A DNA stretch of 64,000 nucleotides from a virus (IMGVR_UViG_3300030376_004602:19268-83267); one strand, 5' to 3'; positions 19,501 to 25,447 are shown, counted from the stretch's first letter. A program made the numbers and translations. Notes: generated from the letters alone by a model not told the origin.

Positions 19501-19959
19501 AGAAAAGAAGAAGTTGTATCAGGAGTTGAAGCTAAAGTTATAGACTTCTTCTCTTATGATGACTTCAATCAATTAACGCCTTTTGTAAAAGATAATGTGG
19601 AGCTTGCTAATTGGAAAGAAATTTTTAAAGCCAAGCTGCAGTTTGGAAGATATAAAGATATTTGGGACTTCAATAGATTTATACCTAATGAAAATCTTTC
19701 TGAAATAACTCCACAACAAAAGCAAATAGCTCAACAAAGATATTCTGACTATGTAGCTCAGACTGGGAAACAAGATATAGAAGGGTTTAAAGACTTTGTC
19801 AGAGAACCAGCCCAGCAAAGAGATAGTTTACCAACTTCAAATACTGTAGATTTGGGGGTAGATATAGTAGATTTCTTAAAACAACTAAGCCCAGAAGAGC
19901 GTAAGTTCTATAACAAGCTATTCCAAGAAGGACAGTTCACAGTAAAATGTAGAAAATAA
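4522..19959 (+). CDS. Virion-packaged two-barrel RNA polymerase polyprotein (5145 aa), crAss-like
   Basis: GFRIPTQGYNSM (RxP at 13618-13626) followed by GSDFDIDK (DFDID at 13735-13749), the crAss/phi14:2-type RNAP catalytic motif. Size and context fit. Confidence 0.92.
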   Translation: MAKKKKTPPPITSLDNSRGYSGRLHAGTFSGATRDATSLFGNAVFAETLKGLQENAESRSNDYKILRQQAANEQGGFEKFGTALVSGVSKGLVNGVNGIVSLVPYPDDVSAEGLQNWNWDIMSDDFSDRSMLSNYLDEGSKAIGLQMPIYDENPYNFYAGMDAGLTSIGEFAIPGKIISKGVGLAAKTVGRALRGVGRGVRGATSLGRMSTRSRLAKFGARTDDFLTRMSMSPKNQAFLQTGASGFAMNRFEGTVMGHQVYEETMQELAPAVAAGQLTEEEAQSYANQAALSVRNKNAGMMMTDMFAMYGIFKAKGMTRNLLTKPGFTSAVKNNLLSAKAWNPLKKAAATNPFYQALVEGGEEIIQSNIQKQSQYDALKGAEALAASRVGKEEELVYVPDSDSYYERLKDNLFSKDAAFEGAIGFFSGPIQSVALEQGMGIKPLLDNRKYKNYTKEINALQQSIKPGGSVTGLAKKLKVQEQIEDLKLKRAQETSKGAYEEQQRVIGEVKADVKNALKETVNMEDLIEEVQEKGVEGVEELLEGTAFVNTAVKHFQNGTTENLERMLKDLAEGKGDPATFGENTQQKAADLLTEMLEMEKQWLRYHDFENKASIFAAIQNEKEIDKAINRTQSQKENAQAKILTQLNEYAPSNNYGFDENGNLTITPKSEEEKKLDDDLPGQQTSLFPTNDEVRAFYERMPEKKELDEVNQTQNTFREVKGEVSKFLNNIASGKGQRAAKKLRKQREKAARRAAKRIMATNKVEAGEKTKAKTNSEKSAISNAQAKVNSDSKIVVKKVKPKAPTAPPPPTSAEKKSKEEKEIEKGKAAETNRRTTAKNGEPLKSVFAKAIAKAAAKSKEKEPVNDDSASEGENFTKSTENKSSHIQGRTDGVTNDSENAFWTLSDPSLTAEGDVITFQVEDQNIGAANDPTSPTRGLKVIDVKGRKKEIAKHENSTYGSNISEDQAADDAEAIAIYNERGDRIGYVGSPLAISSKRRNMTTEEMLEEKENLRTIRAQILSKTRNGEAAKGKINSITKQYTNFKEEGSPDSRSIDVFGTDVIIGVATAEGVTFEGGSNNLTQAAGSKIEAKMEDSERLDDLTPGLPYAFVPVRKDNKGAIYYEAFPLLPQDLNAGFINTVIYALKSWAGGIDANIDKQNRDEASATLGLNLKKNTKLRSLSMLLERFFLPRTEHPYVADDETRTYIYLNQSNSENEVIELVENVGGQQFVRGTIRRGEQLTEDTIATLEQFLANEQVQIDLRNIDGIPYIITDRDGNVKESIELADFKTHVLKNTTTGLNPVESVLNATGRTIFYKSPKVTFSVESDRSLDTSAPENEQEEEKPPWDTSKESDLTIEQISKLPFVERIPALIKAGIIASDVTYNVGKRFPIIVNIGGVKVGFYRSSEGTGGKKKGAWTPMFGYGEDGGNPWLIKGNIATQVNVNYGSSAIQEYADILNKTLNWDLSIDKGQVKDHPFYKELRLVESTQAFNKELYGVENLGIINGETDVSGFINSKVQEINAATGKPSYDEADQVDPDILSDLETDDDLPSSSEDSFIRGIEKEEYTEEERNELEDIISRYVKDPEDGYDAVIYFTQGTTPPGRGIEDFLSVEANLNRDPLYKKWQEKHTERIKKESTRDTAPDVDDLVGDAVPPEVKEEHNKRHIKGLTPTQNFEIVGHLANTMFRKLVELTTDQRVKKVSRNKLYQEALEETMASFDKYIARLEKNLARKQAQENEALKNKMEARIAGLKKYKQAVENEAAKTKELATQKLNQFEGVKGQRSEEDLENIEETAHERRNFSEDFFLTVDSKKSTSKALRKFLSSIPLIKTKTQTIKKGDDNITVSSKAMPARTTFGAPKYADFDSVYNKLHSLEVGSDANLSNQLTKLAQLYVDYPGMKQELNWLPGLIVSLGIDNLQGTKKNNRGEEKTLADVFLEEALGPDDADLSNLVKLMASTDFGVPAGEKIQRQFAINMSKAKVKAPLVLYRAVQKGGKIKFEVNLTDHNNTDNSKQIINEMQEGFLNKLYTYNPETEEYEPDETAFERAIQLLESYKKTPPTQKNSDNYKDLRKQLQEVLGISISTQTFHTLATKGYRLGRRKVLLNRKNKNVFSIDGAPFRVLLDALKSSKGKPFNPEVNVFTDNAIKNLAQMESLSQTATLSNAFRVGDKTIYTYTEHNYATSQIQTILTDPKYREQLQNTVFAGESLWLHMMSPMGGQVLEIDGDVDAGSSIELGILNFRPVKERKESNLTTDDLDGQNMDDNLFTRLALFTANASASRKSIVKKDENNKNIYSFKSRKSTTVPLAYSDKHSVLTVTTAMPVFTIGKGDGVTSDTINIFYEHVLMAEISRIQNMFDIDGTNDAAYDAGKSAFHLMPEMNTTTVKDRGGETDTVANYAARGAFDPTSVNYDEKVVGATKRALGDQLNVLINEQIEDFAKAGINQVAGKSEATFVSSEYIKMLKAQHKNAGVKLEGNKITKAVAADYVLNHMLSTANMFQMFVKDPALYTKTDGEGNVDAASTLENIQKRLAAVIAPGTATAIEEGNDAYVQLFANDVKYSEFLGEGIKEYFKGIKNKKHRESYKGAEITDGQELITYQEYLGTMVSQGQITKAERAQIEAVVKDPNKKIPEWMMDVLFGAEKPVAVADKFVTLKDGQRIEKRVYVKSSGLPLIPKFTKGTELENLRKALEQIQEKSGLPVRLAFSSAVKVGLPETAKNTNIQYTEKDIESLKEELPEGLSAERRNEEEEKLDALLGTIKPVKELVSMFNGDLTEKELNSDEAFLEDESLRPPRQILQRKYWRIQQATPNKNKDIATRGTQESKIILSEVKEAFGEEAGTKLIEDWNSLHSKLFGLRIHELEREILNPDGSIDRKALAEFLDRDANEGGVSVNTRYGLEVDQNGKFVIPLDLSAGTLEYQTLINAIANKRIAQKKVKGQSTVLMTEFGFSIREGQDLSDSGIVWTQGFDFQHGKLKPARVENGVVKPAQVIVPNKFFVNGKRVNLKKYIIKGEQGQMILDTNRMPAEILKGFGFRIPTQGYNSMAGIEIVGFLPESMGDVVVAPGSFVNQMGSDFDIDKMFNYFYKLERSTISRRAVTDATIAISDEIAAIESGKSSLEDFKKRGDSEENYQAYLEDINDQIKSLEEELQNLKSKSTTFVKVTADDLKDKPFNELTEKEIARLEDALLNEGLDMRLKIMGKNEIYQTMSAPLDFGLLKYKDEEGNDTGLKFYFKDKRMSTRASSRNPLAPGYHTQKYQDARGAGAGVGVFARGITFQSMAQSGVDVIPGADFKLGRFKSNNITDSKTVTNNKRSKIEVLTAFLSASLDNEKEQIMNYLNINDDTFSTATAMIHSGFEEDLVLAFLESPVLRLLAENKRSRTKKTQIASFSIFNRLVLDLVPKDYKNLTEKEKEEEREKIIDEARKELAGSSFETKEETFNRLIQNSDVTLKYTPPKIGVSSAKIQFLNEEGKPLEKDELKRAKLLAIGSLDLTGQFKDISTDILAAQRLLNVDSGGLGKNAYEAYSKLEDYIGLADLQFGISFPHPIFKALIGEHRTLVYPAKMEGQEEVNAEELAEYLTNETELINQGFIRIAKAPGNTDVYFLKPVSTPATIFAESMGLTSRIYEDTMPVLVDYVLNNVDLSYPAIPKSLRNQFRADKKAKIVHDTLRSILFSSTENWISGQFEEATGLSTQPTQQTSDTINIYAGTNENAELSNFANRPVMDPLGAEFKNVEAAFQYAKTNFADGDNESIKMKLQNATGAQAKALGRKIKGLDVKAWDENSAAIMKGLIKDSFEQNPKALEKLLATGNATLTHTQDKTKYRELFPKLLMEVRQELGGSQSTASSLVQIRRALMYGDNTLALRVKEAIKDRRLSKNPFLKSLVLSTKAGERHKVTFANFTPDGMMDEDKADAFAQLFLMPDQSPIEGLKLTPAQLGALLVTYSMVTGGNQKALEFVRFVPNSYLVGTGFYKAINDKLTETLSTRSGKTNLSMSIMSQLVQHNPTLTYRKKRTQTIKKIEGSDNFTISGLKVEGSKSLGTLRAVDKSQRVPETVPFLHTISKKGNISLYYFDEDLNTPGNKAIYTKIDVLGDGGDLNEFSAGLINAQSQNAFGISVVPSNKKAYVEESLQQEETSEPDAKGKIDLESLIQKVVNKTVEKVIKVNTEPGVKVSRKLELNSNGESDPIKTIEAVATGSDSPMFRQLAAAFLTRKDDLKNITFKTKALKDGKDAGGSYTYDSKTIELSYSNDKLYNEYAILHEFGHALTKDAIVAFEKGGTYPNAKVKQAMKNIAEVQNLYVQYLEALNPVELEAFKKKYDEYRRRKGLSGKDRAKLPPLDFSNKKELGKYYGGLKLSEFVTMVLSDEVLQAELDKVMPTLEGAAAASEKSLFRELLDAIKEILEGLTGVSLSKYTVEQAMTIVTQGMDTKVQGNPGSTASTDTTNDSAKEFAKKFAPKINLKIKGDKNKDLLPGSEASNVFDSNPKLANQVYGALGLTVVNESSTNIASTIYELIPDITESKIDEIYNNYVSLIGKARKDKEISKDAFKKLLRKYQVFNYKDTYIFGQYDMDNGLFVTRINSSPTSKELLAEALPTLVKQGIDFASFVPKDVAQKYKRSGYSLSKEGFAYNFKGEDMVKYLAVSNPNISLKVFGKTLEEISAKEIKDFSKDQTLSYKPVEIKGELIEKAGNDLSKILETYLNQFGIVVKDVSTIKNALNIDELGFADILSKVAYVENNKDLPPIAGEFIAYMMQYNPLVSEIIKELSQTENYKKLDKSEYFKIVGGLISDDLQNKLDENYSQSLLQKLKQLIQEFFSLLRGTRIDLINKNVGIISNNILQQNKKLITASLYKPGAYGKPTKQVSLKEAMASDKFGSSIINKLAKEGFILTGSTSLGEQGTIQRPDENLLHDIDWVSPFNREKTAEKFLKQYPDAIKIRDIQGDSFVTDTWIISPEGYSIKNLNKQSDYNIITSYDVVDNKGNIAGTYRLEKKAKQKRKEEVVSGVEAKVIDFFSYDDFNQLTPFVKDNVELANWKEIFKAKLQFGRYKDIWDFNRFIPNENLSEITPQQKQIAQQRYSDYVAQTGKQDIEGFKDFVREPAQQRDSLPTSNTVDLGVDIVDFLKQLSPEERKFYNKLFQEGQFTVKCRK
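8572..9093 (+). other. Inserted domain of unknown function within the RNAP (from about aa 1351)
   Basis: Globular-looking segment (VGFYRSSEGTGGKKKGAWTPMFGYG) between two acidic low-complexity linkers. Confidence 0.4.
15616..16035 (+). other. NADAR (YbiA-like) domain within the RNAP (aa ~3699-3838)
   Basis: LSNF, VEAAFQYAK, AKALGR, W....IM, FEQN, LLATG, THTQD and LLMEVRQEL appear in the order seen in YbiA/NADAR. Confidence 0.8.
17060..17790 (+). other. Zincin-like metallopeptidase domain within the RNAP
   Basis: AILHEFGH (HExxH at 17293-17307) and a later LSEFVT glutamate. Confidence 0.75.
19150..19680 (+). other. Pol-beta superfamily nucleotidyltransferase domain (MenT/AbiEii-like signature) near the RNAP C-terminus
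   Basis: ILTGS (GS at 19183-19188), HDIDW (DxD at 19243-19251) and KAKLQFGRYKDIWD (19627-19668). Confidence 0.65.
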
Positions 19960-22900
19960 TGAGTAAGAAATGCAGCATAGACCATAAGAAGCCAACACTA
20001 GCCCGACTAATGCACAAGTTTGGGGATGTAAGAGGCTTTTCTATCTATTATAAAGAAAGTGCTAAGAATGGCCAACTAGACGATTGGATAGAAAATAAGT
20101 ACTTGAAGGAGTATAATGATGCTACAGTAAACTCAAGAAATAAATATAAGACCCACCCAGAATCTGCTAGGGGGTATAGCGCACAAACAGAAGCCATAGA
20201 AGAAGCTCTTGGCCTAGCTAGCTGGACTGCTAAAGGAGGTTTAAATAAACGCTCTTACGATGAGTCTAACTCTGATCGTAAGATTAATGACTCTCTGCTA
20301 AAGGCTAGACAATACTTAGTAGAAGAAGGATTACAAGATCAATATGAAGCTGTAAAAGGTTTAGCCAAAACTAGAGGAAAGCTACAGGTAAGGATTAGGC
20401 CTAGACAAGATTCCGACTTCTTAGTAGAAAACGCTAATGTACCTTTTGTAGATGAGCTAAGACGCCGTGCTCAAGCCCTTACTAGAGAAAATCAGAATCT
20501 TACTAATAAAAGAAAATCTGAAGGCATTACTGAAGCTGAAGAACGAAAGATTATTGCTAGACAACAAGTCCTAAATAACGAGCTAGAACAAATTGATCAA
20601 GAGATTTATAATTTTCATAAAAGCTTCAACATCAATAATTTGATGAAACAACTAGATGAAGATCATGCTTTTATGGAGGACTTTTTATCTCAGGAAGAGT
20701 TTGAATCTGATGAGTTTTATGAGAAGGTACGTCAGGCTGTAGATAAGTTAGAGGTCTGGGAAGCTGCATCTCAAGCTCCTATCCAGGGGGTACACCCATT
20801 TCTTGATGAAGCAGAAGTAAAAAATGAGAATGCAGTAAAAGAAGTTACTAGTAAATCAAGAGACTTCTATTTAAGATATGCTGACGCTATTGCTGAGAGA
20901 AGAAACACTGCTATTGTAGAATTTACTCGAGAGCATACTATTAGCGATAACATGAGTGATCAAGAAATCTTGTCTATTGTTGAAGATATGACGGGTTTAA
21001 GAGCTGGTGTTTTAAACCTTGGACAGGCTGAACAGCCTTTACTACAAGGTGTATTTGCTGCTGTTACAAAGGCTAACCTAAAGTTTCAGCAACAAGCAGA
21101 CACAGATTTACAAAGATTGTCTGAGCTGGCTAAGAATATATCTCAAGATACCCTTGACGCTATGTATCAAAAAGATGCTCAAGGTAGACATACTGGTAGA
21201 CTAGTAAACCCATACTCTCTAGAATACTATAATGAAAGACAGGGTGTAATCTCTGCAGTAGCAGATGCTAGGGCTGAGTTAGACTCTCTACCTGAGGATA
21301 CTCCTGATGTTGTCTTTAACACAGTAAAGAAAAAACTACAAAACGCTTTTAAAAAGCAGGCTGCTTGGTATAAAAAGAATCAAATGAGTCTTAGTCCTGT
21401 AGGTATTATTGCAGATGAAGATACCACGGATGGTACTCTACCTGCTGAATATCTAGACGATAGAGCTGTAGATGATGATAGTGAAACCAAGATAAGAGAA
21501 CAACTAGTAGAAAGAGTAGGAGAAAGACAGACTAATAATATTATCAAGAATATAAAGAAGAGGACTATACAGTTCCAAGCTGCGAGAGATGCTTACTATC
21601 TTGACCTGCTAGGTTCTCGTTCCCCCGAACAAGGACTTGATGAATATAGCAAACAACTATTCGAGTTTTGGCTTGAGCAAAATTCTCCATATAAAATACT
21701 AGAGCCGGGAAGAAAGCTAACCTCCTTCAAGGATATAGACGGATTCACTCAGAAATCATATGCTAAGTATAAGTATGTATCTGCCATACCTAATCCAAAT
21801 GAAGAAAGATTCTACGACCAGAACTACCAGGCTGTACTAGCTGATCCAAATGCTGCAGAACTATATGATATGTTCCGTACGTTTATGGCAGAAGGTAGAG
21901 ATATGCTAGGAGATGTTGACGGATTTTTAACAGGTCTGTCTATTCCGCTTCTTGAAGAATCTCTACGTAAGCAGATGTTCCAAGAACAAGGCCTGATGGC
22001 AGCAAGAAGTTTTCTAACAGACTCAATTATAAAAAGTCTACGAGAAGCATCTAGCTCTAGCAACCAAAACCAAAGAATCAATCCTGCTACAAACAGGGAG
22101 ACTAAGGTTATTAATGTATCTAATCTTTCTCAAAATATTATCTCTAAACAAGTAAAGGTTAGACAAGAGGAACTAATTGATGAGTATAAGCAGAATAATC
22201 CAGGTAAGCCTATTACACTGGAGCTAAAAAGAGAACTCAAAAAAGACGCACTCGATGATGTATACCGTAAATCTGCTACCAACATTATTGGAGCAATGGC
22301 ATACTATAGAGTAAACTCTCTAATGGCAGGTAATCGCCGTGTACTAGAGCCTCACATGGCTATCATTAAGAACTTTGTAGCTGAGCAGATGGTAGAGGAA
22401 AAGACTCTGGGTATAGTAGATAAGGTAAAACAAGTTACAGGTAAGCCTACAACTAAAGAAAAACAACAGGCTAACAATATGATAAAGGCGCTTGACCATT
22501 ATCTAGATGAGAGCTTGTATGGAATTTCTACAAAGAAAAAAGGCGCTACTCTAGGTAAAGTACTTACCTCAGAAGAAAAGCAGAGAGCAGAGTCTATAAA
22601 AACTAGACTTGAAGAAATTAATGAGCAGTTAGATAAGCTAAAGAAAAAACTAGCTACAGGAGAATATTTAACTGGAGAAGAGGAAGCTCTGTATGATAGA
22701 CTAGAAGAGCGTAAGAATTTTCTAGAAAAAGAGTTTGAAAATATAGGAGGGGAGATATCAGCAACGAAAGCTGCAGACGGCTTGTTAAGATTAACACAAG
22801 CACTTGGTATTGGTTTTTCCGTGCCGTCAGCCGTTGCTAACACTGGGTTCGGATATATAGCCAATATGATTGAAGCAGGTAGGGGAAGAGATTACAATGT

Positions 22901-24269
22901 TCGTAACCTACAAAGATCGTATGCAATGACTATGGGCTCTGTATCTACATCACCTGAAACATATTCAGGGGATAGAGTAGCTACAAAGAATACAATTACT
23001 GAACTTTCTAAAAAGTACGCCATTGGTACTCCACCTGTAGAGCAGAGACCACAAACCAACTATAGAAAGTTTGGTAAGAAAAATATCTTTGGAAGAGTTA
23101 AGTCTGGTAAGAGTCTGGAAGAAAGAGCTTACGTAATGATGGAGAAGACTGAGTACATAAACCAAGCTACTCAGATGGCAGCCATAATGCTTTCTACTAA
23201 AGTCATTATGAAAGATGGTACTGAAACTAATCTTCTAGAAGTCTACAATAACTCAGACCTATCTATAGATGATGTTACTCAGTATAAAATTTATGGTGGA
23301 GATAACTTTAGAGACTTTGAGGAATTACAGTTTATTGTCTACGTCAAGAATGTAATCCACAGAACTCATGGTGACTATGAGAATAAAATCATGTTCAAGA
23401 ATAATCTACTGGGTAGGGCTCTATCCCAGTATAGAACTTGGATGTATAGAACTGTAGCTGATAGATTTGATATTGAACGCTATGATGGTATTGGAGGTTA
23501 CACAACTAAAGGCCGCTATCGCTCAGCTGTACCAATGGGAGTAATGCCATTCTTTAATGCGCTTATTCCTCCGGTAATCTTTGCTCGTACTAAAGATCAG
23601 AAAAAGAAAAAAGAGGTGTCTATGAAAAATAAGGCAGGTACTACTTTAAGAAATACCCTGTCTACTACTAAGACATTTGCTTCATCTTTCCTTAGAAACC
23701 CTTTCAAGTTCAATAAGATCATGAAGGAAAAGCTACAGGATGAGTATGAAAAAGTAGATGCAGAAAACATTGCCGCAGCATACACTGAATGGATAGCATA
23801 TCTTACAATTTCTCTAATGAGTAAGTTATTAATACTCTGGGCTAACTCTGCACTAGACGATGAGGATGAACTTACTGCACAGAAAGGAGCAGTAATCTTT
23901 GCACTAAATATGCTAAAGAGATTTGAAAACGACCTTGGGTTCTATGTAAACCCACTAGAAGCTAGCCGTCTTGTAGATAATCCTATACCTGCGTATTACT
24001 TGCAGGAAAAAGGAACTAGACTATTTGATTCTATTGGAAGAATCTTTGATGACAGACCAATGGAAATTCAGTCTGGTATTTATGAAGGTTGGAACTGGAT
24101 AGGAAGAGATGCTTTAAAAGTTATTCCAGGCGCAATCGGAGTAGATAAAATTTACCGTAACATAACTGCAGATCTAGCAACAGGTAAGAAGGTTGAAGAT
24201 GACTACAGCGTATTTTCTAGAGGAGACATCTACGACAAGGCATTAGGTATAGATAAAAAAGAGGACTAA
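19959..24269 (+). CDS. Large ejection/cargo protein (1436 aa)
   Basis: Coupled to the RNAP gene (TAATG). Coiled-coil rich, with GRALSQYRTWM and a hydrophobic helix near the C-terminus, as in crAss-like ejection proteins. Confidence 0.75.
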   Translation: MSKKCSIDHKKPTLARLMHKFGDVRGFSIYYKESAKNGQLDDWIENKYLKEYNDATVNSRNKYKTHPESARGYSAQTEAIEEALGLASWTAKGGLNKRSYDESNSDRKINDSLLKARQYLVEEGLQDQYEAVKGLAKTRGKLQVRIRPRQDSDFLVENANVPFVDELRRRAQALTRENQNLTNKRKSEGITEAEERKIIARQQVLNNELEQIDQEIYNFHKSFNINNLMKQLDEDHAFMEDFLSQEEFESDEFYEKVRQAVDKLEVWEAASQAPIQGVHPFLDEAEVKNENAVKEVTSKSRDFYLRYADAIAERRNTAIVEFTREHTISDNMSDQEILSIVEDMTGLRAGVLNLGQAEQPLLQGVFAAVTKANLKFQQQADTDLQRLSELAKNISQDTLDAMYQKDAQGRHTGRLVNPYSLEYYNERQGVISAVADARAELDSLPEDTPDVVFNTVKKKLQNAFKKQAAWYKKNQMSLSPVGIIADEDTTDGTLPAEYLDDRAVDDDSETKIREQLVERVGERQTNNIIKNIKKRTIQFQAARDAYYLDLLGSRSPEQGLDEYSKQLFEFWLEQNSPYKILEPGRKLTSFKDIDGFTQKSYAKYKYVSAIPNPNEERFYDQNYQAVLADPNAAELYDMFRTFMAEGRDMLGDVDGFLTGLSIPLLEESLRKQMFQEQGLMAARSFLTDSIIKSLREASSSSNQNQRINPATNRETKVINVSNLSQNIISKQVKVRQEELIDEYKQNNPGKPITLELKRELKKDALDDVYRKSATNIIGAMAYYRVNSLMAGNRRVLEPHMAIIKNFVAEQMVEEKTLGIVDKVKQVTGKPTTKEKQQANNMIKALDHYLDESLYGISTKKKGATLGKVLTSEEKQRAESIKTRLEEINEQLDKLKKKLATGEYLTGEEEALYDRLEERKNFLEKEFENIGGEISATKAADGLLRLTQALGIGFSVPSAVANTGFGYIANMIEAGRGRDYNVRNLQRSYAMTMGSVSTSPETYSGDRVATKNTITELSKKYAIGTPPVEQRPQTNYRKFGKKNIFGRVKSGKSLEERAYVMMEKTEYINQATQMAAIMLSTKVIMKDGTETNLLEVYNNSDLSIDDVTQYKIYGGDNFRDFEELQFIVYVKNVIHRTHGDYENKIMFKNNLLGRALSQYRTWMYRTVADRFDIERYDGIGGYTTKGRYRSAVPMGVMPFFNALIPPVIFARTKDQKKKKEVSMKNKAGTTLRNTLSTTKTFASSFLRNPFKFNKIMKEKLQDEYEKVDAENIAAAYTEWIAYLTISLMSKLLILWANSALDDEDELTAQKGAVIFALNMLKRFENDLGFYVNPLEASRLVDNPIPAYYLQEKGTRLFDSIGRIFDDRPMEIQSGIYEGWNWIGRDALKVIPGAIGVDKIYRNITADLATGKKVEDDYSVFSRGDIYDKALGIDKKED

Positions 24270-24284
24270 AATAAGTCCTCTTCC
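24255..24284. terminator. Hairpin at the convergence of the + and - blocks
   Basis: GAGGAC (24261-24266) pairs with GTCCTC (24275-24280), with an A-run on the left. Confidence 0.45.
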
Positions 24285-24427
24285 TCGTCTCTCTTAATCA
24301 ACAGTCTGGGCCTAGTAGACTTTGCATCAGCTGCGTCAGTCATACGTTGACTCATATCATCAGTATCTATCTGAGTATTCTTAACGGGCTTACCGTTAAA
24401 GATGTATCCTTTCTTTAAATGCTTCAT
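24266..24427 (-). CDS. Small hypothetical protein (53 aa, MKHLKKGYIFNGKP...), not in the ORF track
   Basis: ATG to TAG ORF that fills the gap, starting 2 nt after the upstream stop. Confidence 0.55.
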   Translation of the reverse strand: MKHLKKGYIFNGKPVKNTQIDTDDMSQRMTDAADAKSTRPRLLIKRDEEEDLF

Positions 24428-24429
24428 AT

Positions 24430-24657
24430 TTAATAGTTTGGGGTATAAAACTCTCCAGAGGTATCTCTTAGCATTACGTCAATCTCTGTTCTATTGTACA
24501 CTGTCTTAGAGCTAAACTCTGCAGGTACAGTTTCAAAACACATGAGTATATTCTTATCAACTCTACCATCAGTGCTTATTGCAGCAAGTCCTTTTACTCT
24601 TTCTATAGCATCAACAGAATGAAACTCTGATTCTGTTAGTATAATATAATTATCCAT
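24430..24657 (-). CDS. Small protein accompanying the LamG gene
   Basis: 75 aa, coupled to the LamG stop. Resembles the short acidic ORFs often found after LamG genes in aquatic phages. Confidence 0.6.
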   Translation of the reverse strand: MDNYIILTESEFHSVDAIERVKGLAAISTDGRVDKNILMCFETVPAEFSSKTVYNRTEIDVMLRDTSGEFYTPNY

Positions 24658-25445
24658 TATTCAGGTACATCAGTTGTGAATGTAGGAGAGTTTACACCAG
24701 TACCGTCACTAGTTCCAGTAGTATCTGTAAAGTCATCCTCAAATCTATAATAAAGTTCTAGGTTAGTAGCAGAGAAGTTGGACCCACCTAGAGTCAAATC
24801 AGTAGGAACTCCGCTATTATAAATCTCACTAATACCACTTGCGGAAAGAGCTTCTCTAAAGAAAGCAAATTCATCCATTTCTCCACCGTAAAAAGCAGTT
24901 GGAGATGTGTTAGTTGTATCCATATATCCTATATTAAACTGTCCACTAGCACCAAAATCAGCACCATCTTGTTCAGATCCCGTTATTCCGCCATTACCAA
25001 GAACAGTTTGAGTAGCTATTGCTGAACCATTTACATAAATATCAACTGTACCAGCATCACTATCTCCAACTCTTGTCCAAACAAATGCTATATGTGTCCA
25101 ACTACTAGCGGGTCCGTCAGCAAATATTGTAGAAGTTGAGGCTTCAGTATGGGTATCGCCACCAATAGCAAACTGAAAAGTTAATTTGCCAGTATTACCT
25201 GTAGTTATGGATATGAGAAAAATCGGTGAAAAAGATGGTAAACTACCAAGAAAGGTACTAGTCGCTGTAGGTATACCATCGGCAGGTTTAACCCACATGC
25301 TAAAAGTAAAAGACCCTCTTACAGCGGCATCTACACCATAACCTGTGTCTATCCCTTGGTTAGTTCCATTAAAGGTGACCGACTTAGTGTTTGTAAATCT
25401 CTCTATAAGTTTTTCGAGAGTTAATAGTTTGCCTAATCCTAACAT
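24657..25445 (-). CDS. LamG/concanavalin A-like lectin domain protein (probable virion surface)
   Basis: KSVTFNG, FTFSMWVKP, WTHIAFVW, IYVNG, GEMDEFAFF, ISEIYNSG and LYYRFED follow the LamG_3 pattern. Confidence 0.85.
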   Translation of the reverse strand: MLGLGKLLTLEKLIERFTNTKSVTFNGTNQGIDTGYGVDAAVRGSFTFSMWVKPADGIPTATSTFLGSLPSFSPIFLISITTGNTGKLTFQFAIGGDTHTEASTSTIFADGPASSWTHIAFVWTRVGDSDAGTVDIYVNGSAIATQTVLGNGGITGSEQDGADFGASGQFNIGYMDTTNTSPTAFYGGEMDEFAFFREALSASGISEIYNSGVPTDLTLGGSNFSATNLELYYRFEDDFTDTTGTSDGTGVNSPTFTTDVPE

Positions 25446-25447
25446 TG

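Noticed and set aside
1758-23785. Many - strand ORFs of 60-150 aa inside the giant + strand genes
   Set aside because: They are antisense shadows of long ORFs, with S/F/L-rich composition and no motifs.
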